Positions 42,005 through 54,120 of a stretch of 64,000 nt of DNA are shown piece by piece (the first letter of the stretch is position 1; each line of letters begins with the position of its first letter). The notes beneath the pieces are model-generated. The model made no database searches and was not told the DNA's origin. It saw only the letters and a list, made by a program, of their open reading frames with translations. The stretch is from Perkinsela sp. CCAP 1560/9 (lineage: Eukaryota; Protista; Euglenozoa: Kinetoplastea). Location: NCBI GenBank assembly GCA_965644495.1, contig CBFFSA010000008.1:682001-746000 (forward strand). Reading direction: 5' to 3'. Both the position numbers and the translations under genes were made by a program.

Positions 42005-43612
42005 GTTTAACGATAAAGATATAGATTAACGATAAAGATACAGTTTCTGTACCTTGTTGAATTATTTTTCTTCATTTCAATTACTTTTCAGGCACGAGCC
42101 TCCCCCCCTATGCCCGACGCCGACAAAACGACGACCCATTCCACGACACACCCCGAAGCAAAGCGAGAATCAAACTTTGGTGACGAGGCCGCCTCACACG
42201 AATTGGGTTCTTGGGATCAATTTGAAGCGAACAAACACCTCACGATCGGGGAAAGCACATATGATGAGGCGCTGTATACTACTAAACTTCCTGACGATCT
42301 TCCGCCGGAATTGACACAGCGATCCGAAGAAATCGCTCGAAGAATGGTTACAACTATGACGAGCAAAGAGTCATTTTCCCTGACCTCACGCTACAGGACC
42401 TGGATTTTACTGTCAGCAGAAGCCCTGGAGGCCGAAAAAAGAAAAAGCACCCCAAGAGCGACCGTCACTCCCGAGTAGACCTAGAGTCCGAAACCGACAG
42501 TGGAGATGGTGCAGTCCCAGAATGCCCTCCCAACGACAGCGCTTCTGAATCCCCAGATGGAAAACGCAAGCGTCGCGAGCTTACCACCGAAACGGCCAAT
42601 GACTTATCGACCGCAAATGTGACGACGGACACCCAACAGACCAAAGAGCGAAACCAGTGGAGACGTGTACATGGAAGACGGGGCCACACGGTGGCCAATG
42701 GCGAGCTTTTTATAACCATGTTGCCCACAAGCACTGGGAGGAAGTCTCAGACTCTTGGTGGACAGGGGAAGGGAGATTTCTGTGTGTAAAATGCTGCAGG
42801 CACTATGACTTAGGAAAGCAAGAATCCCATGAGAAACATTGCGAGTTTCAACTCTCACCCTCTCAACTCTCACGCTCTCGAGAACAGAAAGCACCCGTTG
42901 CCCCTACCAATTCTGCAACCACTACTCCCTCAGAGCGCGCCGCCCAAACCGAAGTCGCCACCTTACCTGCACAGACAGCCGCTGACCTAGAGGCCAAGAA
43001 TGGAAAGATGAGTATCGACGAACCTCTGCCGCCCCTAGCCTCCATATGCTCCGCGCCTATCAACACCTGCAAGGATATTCCAAACAGTTGCCGACAAGCA
43101 TGGGCCAAAATATTCTGCGAATATCTATCCTCAGCTGTCCGGGAAAACACGACTAAGGCTTGGACGCTCCTTGCAATGTTGCCAAAGTGTGTGTTGCCGG
43201 CCCCAAGGCGCGGAGGTCATAGGGCGAAAACTTATTACGCTTCACACGTCCGGAAATGTCTAGCCAAATGGTCGTCAAAACAATATCTATCACTTTGGAA
43301 CGAAACATGTAAGACTTTGAATCGTAAGAAACGTGCTGCGCAAGCAACAAGCCTAGAAGACGAGGGGAAGAAAGCGTGTCTTCGCGCGGAGCGACTGGCC
43401 CGCGACGGAGAACTTTCTCGCGCCATGACCGCACTGACTTCTTCGCCGCTAGCACCAGACGACGACAACACGTACGCCAAACTTCAGGCCAAACACCCTC
43501 CACGAATCTCCGCATCCACAACATCCCCCAGCTTAACTCCGGAAACAGAACCACTCAAAGTCACCGAGGAAGAAGTCGCAGCTGCGCTCTCAACCTTCCA
43601 CAGAGGATCATC
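42005..43612 (+). pseudogene. 5' part of a second lineage B subfamily (B2): partly duplicated SL, LsmAD-like domain, zinc fingers, RT start; frameshifted and 3'-deleted
   Basis: Poly(A) 41986-42004; SL to 42059; GSWDQFEANKHL..STYDEALYTTKL; FYNHVAHKH; LAMLPKCVLPAPRRGG; FHRGSS. Confidence 0.85.
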
Positions 43613-44371
43613 ACGTCAGGGCATCCGGCTTATGTCGGATGATGGGACTTAGCGATCCCAACTTCCCGAGCTAACTCACCCGGCGTCGCATAACAAGACG
43701 CTAAAGAACTAGGGTGAGCACAACGAAGACAATATGGATGACACTACCCGGTGCCAGTAAAACGAGGCACTAAATAATTAGGGTGGATGTCATTCTGGCA
43801 ACGTAACGCAACGCACTTGCAGTCCATCGTTTCACTTCACCCTTGCGTTTCCAGGGACTTCCTCCTTCCAAATATGCCGCCAAAGGAGATTTTGCACCAA
43901 CCTCGCTCTACTTTTGTGCGTTACTGCTTTTACAAAGGGAATCGACTCGTTCCTTCTCCTCGTTTTTCCTTCCCCCCTTCTCTCGCTTCTTTGAGAGAAA
44001 ACTACAACCGCACATCTCTAACTATATATTAAAAAACGAGTGTAAGAAATCCATTCTAAAGAAAAAGAATGATTCCCGCTAACTTTCCAAAAACGTCTCC
44101 CATAGCAACTGGCCGAACGCCTGATTCGATCAAACCTGATGCGACATAGGTGTTTTGCTTGCGGGAGATCGCGTCACGCATGAGTTGGGGGGCCTTTTTG
44201 CCTTGATGCGATAAAGCAATACAATGCCGGAAAGATGCATATGCGAGATTAACGTCGTCGACGTAAGCATGGACGTTGACTTCCGACTACAAATTTGGCG
44301 CTACACCCTACAATCTATTCAAATCAAAACAAAAACAAAAAAAAACGAAACACATTCCTGCCATTGTTCCT

Positions 44372-45190
44372 TCATATCGCATAGTCTGTACCCCGTTTGT
44401 CCTTCTCAAGAAAGGATCTCAGCTGCGAATATACAACAGCTCCATTCAACTCTTGAAGACAGAGTTGAAACTCCATCTGCGTCTGTTTTCGAGGCAGGCA
44501 ACAAGCGTCTGCTAGGGCGTTGAGAAGAGATTTCGTATTTTCGTGTAGAGACCCGCCTGACAGCACTGGCACGCACCGAAACGTTTCCTCTGATATCAAA
44601 CCCGAGCGAACATAGGTGTCTTGTTTACGTTTGATCGCGTCGCGAAAAAGTTTGCCACATTTTGTTCCGAGATTAGAGGGCGCTAACTCGTGAATCACGG
44701 TGAAATCATAGAATATCTCGCCGGAATTCCAAAAAACTACAAGATCGGGACCCGATCTGCGGAAAGAACGGCCTCCGCAAACTTTTCCATGCGTCCGTCT
44801 GTAATCAGGATCCACTTTTTCGTTGCATTGTGTGCACGAAAACGTTGCGAAATTACGCGGCTCTTTTTCGCAGGGAATCCCAGCTTTTAAACACAACTCG
44901 TAGAGAAAATTTACTAAAGAGTTATGCTTCGCTGTGGCGTTGAGACCGGGGCATTTCGAACAGCCAGGTATGTGCGCGAGCATGGCTTTCGAATCTAGCA
45001 GAATCCGGCACCCGGGGCAGAGCAACTGTTTTGGCAGTAGAGGATGCGCGATTCCGAGTCGCGGCATTAAAGCAAGCGAAAAAAGGCGCGAGGGAACAAA
45101 CTTAGCATTAGACATGACCCATTCTGCGTTGCCCTTATATGAGACTGCTTGTAAGATGGCAACCGAGTCTGACTTCGAAGAAGCACACAC
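44372..45190 (-). pseudogene. Lineage A RLE 3' fragment
   Basis: CPGC..HIPGC..KHN, RSGPDL, FYDFT. Confidence 0.85.
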
Positions 45191-45732
45191 GATTAGTCCG
45201 TTTCCTAGGTGAATTGTGTGCCAAAGCAGGGGTGCCCCATGTTATAGAACCTCGAGTACATTCATCATTCTTCTGCACCAAATGTAAGGCCACCATATCC
45301 GAAGAGCTCTCTGAACATCACCCATGCAGAGCAAGACGTATGCGATCAGGCCCTGATCTCGGTATCATGTGGTCCCATCTCGGAGAAATTCTCTACGATG
45401 TCACCGTAGTTCACAGTTGTGCCCCGAGCTATGCCAAAACCTCCGTCGAGCAGTTAATCCAAAATGCCCTTGAGCGCAAGCACAAAAAATACGTTGTACA
45501 AGGGGGCATACCGAAAGAAAGTTTCAGCTGCTTGGCAATGACCGAATTAGGACAGTTGCACAACAACACGAAAACTCTCATTGTCTCGCTCGCACAACGG
45601 TCACAACAAAACGTGAAGGATGTCAAAGAAGCGTTCCAACTTGAAATAGAGAAGATGAACGCGTACACAATTGCCACGCAACTCCGACAATACTTTCCAC
45701 CAATTCAGTGGCTCGGAGGACTTGAACACTAA
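45165..45732 (+). pseudogene. A5-like RLE 3' fragment
   Basis: KKHTRLVRFL..RSGPDLGIMW..YDVTV, similar to the C-terminus of 39347..41056. Confidence 0.85.
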
Positions 45733-46026
45733 TCAGAATTTCCTTTCACTTACAACCTCTATTCGATTTGATAAAATTCCCCGTCATCTACGTTGATATC
45801 ATCTCATGATCTAAGTTGATATTAACTTATTTCAGATAAAGAGCTCACGGAGAGTATTGCTGCTGTTAATGTCTGTACTTTTCTCAATATGCTTTACAAT
45901 AGGAGGAACCAAGGAGTGAATTTTGTTTGTTTGGAGTGAATTTTGCTTGTTTTAATAGTTTACTCATTATTCATTCTTTATATTCTTGGTAGGTGTTCTT
46001 TATAAAAAGTGTGTTCTTTATAAAAA

Positions 46027-46662
46027 GAAATCCACGCCGAGGGGCTCCCTGGAAACATATACACTGATAACATATATGAATAAATGAACAACTATGAATA
46101 GCTCAATCGTAATTCAAAATGACACAACATATCATTCATTCATTTCACACGCACAAAGATGGAAAAGAAACAAGCCTGCATAAAACAACACAATCAATGT
46201 CACTCTGTTAACGGGGTTCCCCCCCACCGGAACCCTCGGCCAAATGGCTGGGGGCTCGGTGGGTGGGCACAAAACTTTAAACGTAACAAAATAACAACCT
46301 AACAAGAATATAACAAACGAGTAAACACCCCCCTCCATGCAATTAGAGAATACTACATCATAATTTGAGAAAATTATGTGCCCCGAAGGGCCAGCAGGCA
46401 AATATATAGCCGCCCCTCGGCTAAATTTCAAAACGTGAACTATTAGAAATCCACGCCGAGGGGCTCCCTGGAAACATATACACTGATAACATATATGAAT
46501 AAATGAACAACTATGAATAGCTCAATCGTAATTCAAAATGACACAACATATCATTCATTCATTTCACACGCACAAAGATGGAAAAGAAACAAGCCTGCAT
46601 AAAACAACACAATCAATGTCACTCTGTTAACGGGGTTCCCCCCCACCGGAACCCTCGGCCAA
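46027..46662 (-). mobile_element. 3' terminus (B1-A2-spacer-B2) of a third YR element, YR3; internal sequence may extend to ~47097
   Basis: 217-bp direct repeats at 46027-46243 and 46446-46662; junction TTAGAAATCCACG; G-rich spacer as in YR2. Confidence 0.8.
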
Positions 46663-47097
46663 CCTGCCCACACACACGTCACAATAAACGCAAAATGCCC
46701 AATCACGTAGTCAAATATTAATAGATAGAAAATATCAAAATATGCAGAGCTCACAAAAGGATAACGATAGCAATAGATGACCAGTCCATTACCACGCCCT
46801 TTACAAGCTCACACGAGCTACACAGGTTACGCTTTCAACCTCTGCCCATATACCAACTTGGGACCTAGAAGTGTGGAGCAACTAGGCGTGGTGTACGGCC
46901 GTGTCAACAATGACGCGGTTAAAAACATTAAGGCGCTAATCGCAGAGTAAAGAAAACTTTACTCACCTTTATCTCACATTGGGGAACCTTGTTTTCGAAA
47001 ACCAAGGCGTGAGGATAAAGTTTGTCAACCGATTAACATCCATAACCTTCCAAAATTATAGGGACAACCTCCAAACCCCAGGACCCCATCCGCTCTA

Positions 47098-47128
<31 letters not shown>

Positions 47129-49620
47129 CGCCCTTATCAACTTCGCCCGCTTCTCTCCCTTATCTCCACCCCTCAAAGAAACCATCCGCGACTTTCCGAC
47201 TTCACCCGCTTCTTTCCCTCACTTCCCCCCCCCCCCGAGCATCCATCCGCGCCTTCCAAACTTTGCCCTCCTCTTTCCCTCACTTCCCCCCAGAAATCAA
47301 TCCGCGCGTGCTCCACCCCTTCTTCCAGCAGTGCGCGCTTCGGACCGGGTCTCTCGACCTCTCCACGGCCTGGCTTGGGAACCCTTCCCTTGTTATGCGG
47401 GAGGGCGCAGGCGCGGGCATGTGCCGACAGCGGCACGGTCACGAAGTTGGGTTTTGATCGCCGGATTCGGATGAATGTTCCGAATCCATACCTGTCTCAC
47501 ATTGGGGTACCTTGCTCGTGAAAGCGAGGCGTGAGGATAGGCACTGTCGGCTCGATCGGCCTCGGGCCGCTCTGGAGGCTATTCCTCCAGAGTTGCGATG
47601 GGGTCTTCGGAAGGTGAACGAGCAACCATCATGCGCGCTTGAAAGCGCATAAGGGTTATGTTTAGTTCAGCGAAGATTCGGCTCGTTGCCTCACCTTCCG
47701 AAAGTAGACCCCCCGAGGCGTGCGAACACCTCTCACCGACTTTGCGGAGCACGGCTGAAGCGCTGGGGCTCCAGGCGCCATAACTTTCGACAACCATGGC
47801 CGTAAAGTCGCATCCTGCCTCTACGGCTTCTCGACGCTGCTTGCCCTTCTCCATTGAGGAATAATGTTCGGCAAATGACCCCGCGGCAACCCAGCTAGCG
47901 TTTCGGACTTTGTCCGTATATTTTAATTGCTGAGCATGGGTGACCGCGAAGTCAAGCACAATGGGATTTCCAAGAAAAAGGCTGGGCAAGTATATGTCGC
48001 CAGGTCTGGTGAGGGCCCCGCCTGGGCCCCTGTTCCCGAGACTCTTTTCTCGTTGAGGGGCGAGGCGGGCTCGACTGCACACGTCCGCGAACTGGTCCGT
48101 AACAGCGTTGTGCCTGGTCACAATACCATGGCCATGTTTGCAAGACAGTGCATGGTCCCCTTTGCTGTCAAGGGGGAGCGAGCATTTCGGCATGGGGCAC
48201 GTGCTATCTTCATGGTAGATGTCCACGCCTAACCACCAACGGGCCAAAGTTCGGAATTGTGTGGGGGTAAAGGCGTGCCCAAGGTCTTTCGAAGGAGTCA
48301 CAAAGGCCCAGCTGCTCGCTCCCGTGCCACACTGGGAGATCCACCTTGCACGGGTTCGTGCGTCAGTTGTCTCATATTCCTGGGAAAAGGCATGGGCTGC
48401 AATAGCATAACTGATTACCCGCTGGCGCGGGATCTTCCCTTTGGGCCACTGTGGGGGTAACATGTCCTGGCATTCTTCAGAACCGTAGAGGGGAGTCGAG
48501 AGTGGGTAGGCATCCGTGGGTGTGTTGGCCGTGCGGGAAGTCGTACGAAGAATATGTCCCGGAGGCTCGTCCGGGGGGTGAGGATCATTCCCTGGCGGAG
48601 GGCGCCTTCTCTTCCGGTAGGAGTACGGCGCGCTCAGGGCCTTCTCGCATGGGGCGTTGGGAGTTGTGAGAACACGACCTCGGGGATCGAGGAGAGCAGT
48701 GCCGGCCTTCTGATTGATGTCGAGGATGGCCTCCGAGAAACCTTCAGCGTCTGTGGGATCCCAGGAATCTGTGGCAGAGGCAAAGGCGACGGATGCAACG
48801 TAAGCCGCGGAGGCGTGGAGAGCTGCGGATCTCAGACCTAATCCCCCATGACGCTTCAGTCGCTGTGCTTGAGATTGTGCTGACCTGTCCAGAGGACAGA
48901 TGATTGCCTCTATAGCGGTCATGAGAAAGTCGTCTAAACGGGAGCAAAGGTGAATCAGGGACTGTGGGGGCGTGCTTCTCATGGCATACACCATTTGACA
49001 GAACCCCGCACATTGACGAATTAGGGCAAGCGCGACCTGGGGGTCCTGAATGTTGGTGATGGCATCGAGGGTATCCTCGGCTGGTTCTAGGGCGTGAGAA
49101 AGAAGATAAGCAGAGCAGTGGTCGGCGGATCCTACAGGACTCCCTAGTATGTCAAAGTTCCCCTGCGAATTGATCTTCTCGTCGGGTATGTCTGGGAAGT
49201 AATCAGCCTGGTGGGCCGAGCTGGGGGAAGTAATAATTTCGCATTTCGACGTATTGAGATACAAGCCCCATTGAGGTCCTACTCGGGCGATCGTGTCTAG
49301 GGCGTCTCTAACTTCCTGCGCCTGGCCAACGAGGACGCCATCGTCGAGATACCAGAGTTGGGCGGGAATATCAGTTTGAAGGTTAATGGCTTCTGAGAGC
49401 TTCAGGGCCACTAACGAGAAGAGCAATGGTCCTAGGGGATCGCCCTGTTGTACTCCTTCCTCGGAGGAGATGAATCGGGCCTCGTAGGTAAGAGAGCTGG
49501 GGTCGGAATAGCACCAATTGATCCAAGGGAAGAGTTCCGGGAAATATTCCTGTACTAGTGGAAGGAAGGCAGCCCTGCTTACGTTATTGAAAGCGTTACG
49601 TAGGTCCACTTTGCACATGT

Positions 49621-52600
49621 ATGACCTTTCCTTATTGTAAGACCTTTCCTTATTGTAAGACCTTTCCTTATTGTAAGACCTTTCCTTATTGTAAGACCTT
49701 TCCTTATTGTAAGACCTTTCCTTATTGTAAGACCTTTCCTTATTGTAAGACCTTTCCTTATTGTAAGACCTTTCCTTATTGTAAGACCTTTCCTTATTGT
49801 AAGACCTTTCCTTATTGTAAGACCTTTCCTTATTGTAAGACCTTTCCTTATTGTAAGACCTTTCCTTATTGTAAGACCTTTCCTTATTGTAAGACCTTTC
49901 CTTATTGTAAGACCTTTCCTTATTGTAAGACCTTTCCTTATTGTAAGACCTTTCCTTATTGTAAGACCTTTCCTTATTGTAAGACCTTTCCTTATTGTAA
50001 GACCTTTCCTTATTGTAAGACCTTTCCTTATTGTAAGACCTTTCCTTATTGTAAGACCTTTCCTTATTGTAAGACCTTTCCTTATTGTAAGACCTTTCCT
50101 TATTGTAAGACCTTTCCTTATTGTAAGACCTTTCCTTATTGTAAGACCTTTCCTTATTGTAAGACCTTTCCTTATTGTAAGACCTTTCCTTATTGTAAGA
50201 CCTTTCCTTATTGTAAGACCTTTCCTTATTGTAAGACCTTTCCTTATTGTAAGACCTTTCCTTATTGTAAGACCTTTCCTTATTGTAAGACCTTTCCTTA
50301 TTGTAAGACCTTTCCTTATTGTAAGACCTTTCCTTATTGTAAGACCTTTCCTTATTGTAAGACCTTTCCTTATTGTAAGACCTTTCCTTATTGTAAGACC
50401 TTTCCTTATTGTAAGACCTTTCCTTATTGTAAGACCTTTCCTTATTGTAAGACCTTTCCTTATTGTAAGACCTTTCCTTATTGTAAGACCTTTCCTTATT
50501 GTAAGACCTTTCCTTATTGTAAGACCTTTCCTTATTGTAAGACCTTTCCTTATTGTAAGACCTTTCCTTATTGTAAGACCTTTCCTTATTGTAAGACCTT
50601 TCCTTATTGTAAGACCTTTCCTTATTGTAAGACCTTTCCTTATTGTAAGACCTTTCCTTATTGTAAGACCTTTCCTTATTGTAAGACCTTTCCTTATTGT
50701 AAGACCTTTCCTTATTGTAAGACCTTTCCTTATTGTAAGACCTTTCCTTATTGTAAGACCTTTCCTTATTGTAAGACCTTTCCTTATTGTAAGACCTTTC
50801 CTTATTGTAAGACCTTTCCTTATTGTAAGACCTTTCCTTATTGTAAGACCTTTCCTTATTGTAAGACCTTTCCTTATTGTAAGACCTTTCCTTATTGTAA
50901 GACCTTTCCTTATTGTAAGACCTTTCCTTATTGTAAGACCTTTCCTTATTGTAAGACCTTTCCTTATTGTAAGACCTTTCCTTATTGTAAGACCTTTCCT
51001 TATTGTAAGACCTTTCCTTATTGTAAGACCTTTCCTTATTGTAAGACCTTTCCTTATTGTAAGACCTTTCCTTATTGTAAGACCTTTCCTTATTGTAAGA
51101 CCTTTCCTTATTGTAAGACCTTTCCTTATTGTAAGACCTTTCCTTATTGTAAGACCTTTCCTTATTGTAAGACCTTTCCTTATTGTAAGACCTTTCCTTA
51201 TTGTAAGACCTTTCCTTATTGTAAGACCTTTCCTTATTGTAAGACCTTTCCTTATTGTAAGACCTTTCCTTATTGTAAGACCTTTCCTTATTGTAAGACC
51301 TTTCCTTATTGTAAGACCTTTCCTTATTGTAAGACCTTTCCTTATTGTAAGACCTTTCCTTATTGTAAGACCTTTCCTTATTGTAAGACCTTTCCTTATT
51401 GTAAGACCTTTCCTTATTGTAAGACCTTTCCTTATTGTAAGACCTTTCCTTATTGTAAGACCTTTCCTTATTGTAAGACCTTTCCTTATTGTAAGACCTT
51501 TCCTTATTGTAAGACCTTTCCTTATTGTAAGACCTTTCCTTATTGTAAGACCTTTCCTTATTGTAAGACCTTTCCTTATTGTAAGACCTTTCCTTATTGT
51601 AAGACCTTTCCTTATTGTAAGACCTTTCCTTATTGTAAGACCTTTCCTTATTGTAAGACCTTTCCTTATTGTAAGACCTTTCCTTATTGTAAGACCTTTC
51701 CTTATTGTAAGACCTTTCCTTATTGTAAGACCTTTCCTTATTGTAAGACCTTTCCTTATTGTAAGACCTTTCCTTATTGTAAGACCTTTCCTTATTGTAA
51801 GACCTTTCCTTATTGTAAGACCTTTCCTTATTGTAAGACCTTTCCTTATTGTAAGACCTTTCCTTATTGTAAGACCTTTCCTTATTGTAAGACCTTTCCT
51901 TATTGTAAGACCTTTCCTTATTGTAAGACCTTTCCTTATTGTAAGACCTTTCCTTATTGTAAGACCTTTCCTTATTGTAAGACCTTTCCTTATTGTAAGA
52001 CCTTTCCTTATTGTAAGACCTTTCCTTATTGTAAGACCTTTCCTTATTGTAAGACCTTTCCTTATTGTAAGACCTTTCCTTATTGTAAGACCTTTCCTTA
52101 TTGTAAGACCTTTCCTTATTGTAAGACCTTTCCTTATTGTAAGACCTTTCCTTATTGTAAGACCTTTCCTTATTGTAAGACCTTTCCTTATTGTAAGACC
52201 TTTCCTTATTGTAAGACCTTTCCTTATTGTAAGACCTTTCCTTATTGTAAGACCTTTCCTTATTGTAAGACCTTTCCTTATTGTAAGACCTTTCCTTATT
52301 GTAAGACCTTTCCTTATTGTAAGACCTTTCCTTATTGTAAGACCTTTCCTTATTGTAAGACCTTTCCTTATTGTAAGACCTTTCCTTATTGTAAGACCTT
52401 TCCTTATTGTAAGACCTTTCCTTATTGTAAGACCTTTCCTTATTGTAAGACCTTTCCTTATTGTAAGACCTTTCCTTATTGTAAGACCTTTCCTTATTGT
52501 AAGACCTTTCCTTATTGTAAGACCTTTCCTTATTGTAAGACCTTTCCTTATTGTAAGACCTTTCCTTATTGTAAGACCTTTCCTTATTGTAAGACCTTTC

Positions 52601-54104
52601 CTTATTGTAAGACCTTTCCTTATTGTAAGACCTTTCCTTATTGTAAGACCTTTCCTTATTGTAAGACCTTTCCTTATTGTAAGACCTTTCCTTATTGTAA
52701 GACCTTTCCTTATTGTAAGACCTTTCCTTATTGTAAGACCTTTCCTTATTGTAAGACCTTTCCTTATTGTAAGACCTTTCCTTATTGTAAGACCTTTCCT
52801 TATTGTAAGACCTTTCCTTATTGTAAGACCTTTCCTTATTGTAAGACCTTTCCTTATTGTAAGACCTTTCCTTATTGTAAGACCTTTCCTTATTGTAAGA
52901 CCTTTCCTTATTGTAAGACCTTTCCTTATTGTAAGACCTTTCCTTATTGTAAGACCTTTCCTTATTGTAAGACCTTTCCTTATTGTAAGACCTTTCCTTA
53001 TTGTAAGACCTTTCCTTATTGTAAGACCTTTCCTTATTGTAAGACCTTTCCTTATTGTAAGACCTTTCCTTATTGTAAGACCTTTCCTTATTGTAAGACC
53101 TTTCCTTATTGTAAGACCTTTCCTTATTGTAAGACCTTTCCTTATTGTAAGACCTTTCCTTATTGTAAGACCTTTCCTTATTGTAAGACCTTTCCTTATT
53201 GTAAGACCTTTCCTTATTGTAAGACCTTTCCTTATTGTAAGACCTTTCCTTATTGTAAGACCTTTCCTTATTGTAAGACCTTTCCTTATTGTAAGACCTT
53301 TCCTTATTGTAAGACCTTTCCTTATTGTAAGACCTTTCCTTATTGTAAGACCTTTCCTTATTGTAAGACCTTTCCTTATTGTAAGACCTTTCCTTATTGT
53401 AAGACCTTTCCTTATTGTAAGACCTTTCCTTATTGTAAGACCTTTCCTTATTGTAAGACCTTTCCTTATTGTAAGACCTTTCCTTATTGTAAGACCTTTC
53501 CTTATTGTAAGACCTTTCCTTATTGTAAGACCTTTCCTTATTGTAAGACCTTTCCTTATTGTAAGACCTTTCCTTATTGTAAGACCTTTCCTTATTGTAA
53601 GACCTTTCCTTATTGTAAGACCTTTCCTTATTGTAAGACCTTTCCTTATTGTAAGACCTTTCCTTATTGTAAGACCTTTCCTTATTGTAAGACCTTTCCT
53701 TATTGTAAGACCTTTCCTTATTGTAAGACCTTTCCTTATTGTAAGACCTTTCCTTATTGTAAGACCTTTCCTTATTGTAAGACCTTTCCTTATTGTAAGA
53801 CCTTTCCTTATTGTAAGACCTTTCCTTATTGTAAGACCTTTCCTTATTGTAAGACCTTTCCTTATTGTAAGACCTTTCCTTATTGTAAGACCTTTCCTTA
53901 TTGTAAGACCTTTCCTTATTGTAAGACCTTTCCTTATTGTAAGACCTTTCCTTATTGTAAGACCTTTCCTTATTGTAAGACCTTTCCTTATTGTAAGACC
54001 TTTCCTTATTGTAAGACCTTTCCTTATTGTAAGACCTTTCCTTATTGTAAGACCTTTCCTTATTGTAAGACCTTTCCTTATTGTAAGACCTTTCCTTATT
54101 GTAA
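49621..54104. repeat. Near-perfect 18-bp tandem array (AAGACCTTTCCTTATTGT) x249
   Basis: 4482 bp / 18 = 249 units; only the first unit visibly differs (ATGACC). Confidence 0.97.
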
Positions 54105-54120
54105 TCGTTATAATTAGGCC

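Noticed and set aside
46852-46890. Twister ribozyme (GGTCCCAAG on the minus strand)
   Set aside because: The stem topology differs, and no T1 GAGGG partner or UAA cleavage context is in place.
49621-54104. CRISPR array or telomeric repeat
   Set aside because: There are no spacers or cas genes. The array is internal, bounded by TSDs and unlike TTAGGG-type repeats.
49621-54117. 1498-aa (TFPYCK)n ORF in frame with the downstream polyprotein
   Set aside because: An 18-bp unit leaves four of six frames open by construction, and the ATG comes from one variant unit at the junction. There is no evidence of coding.
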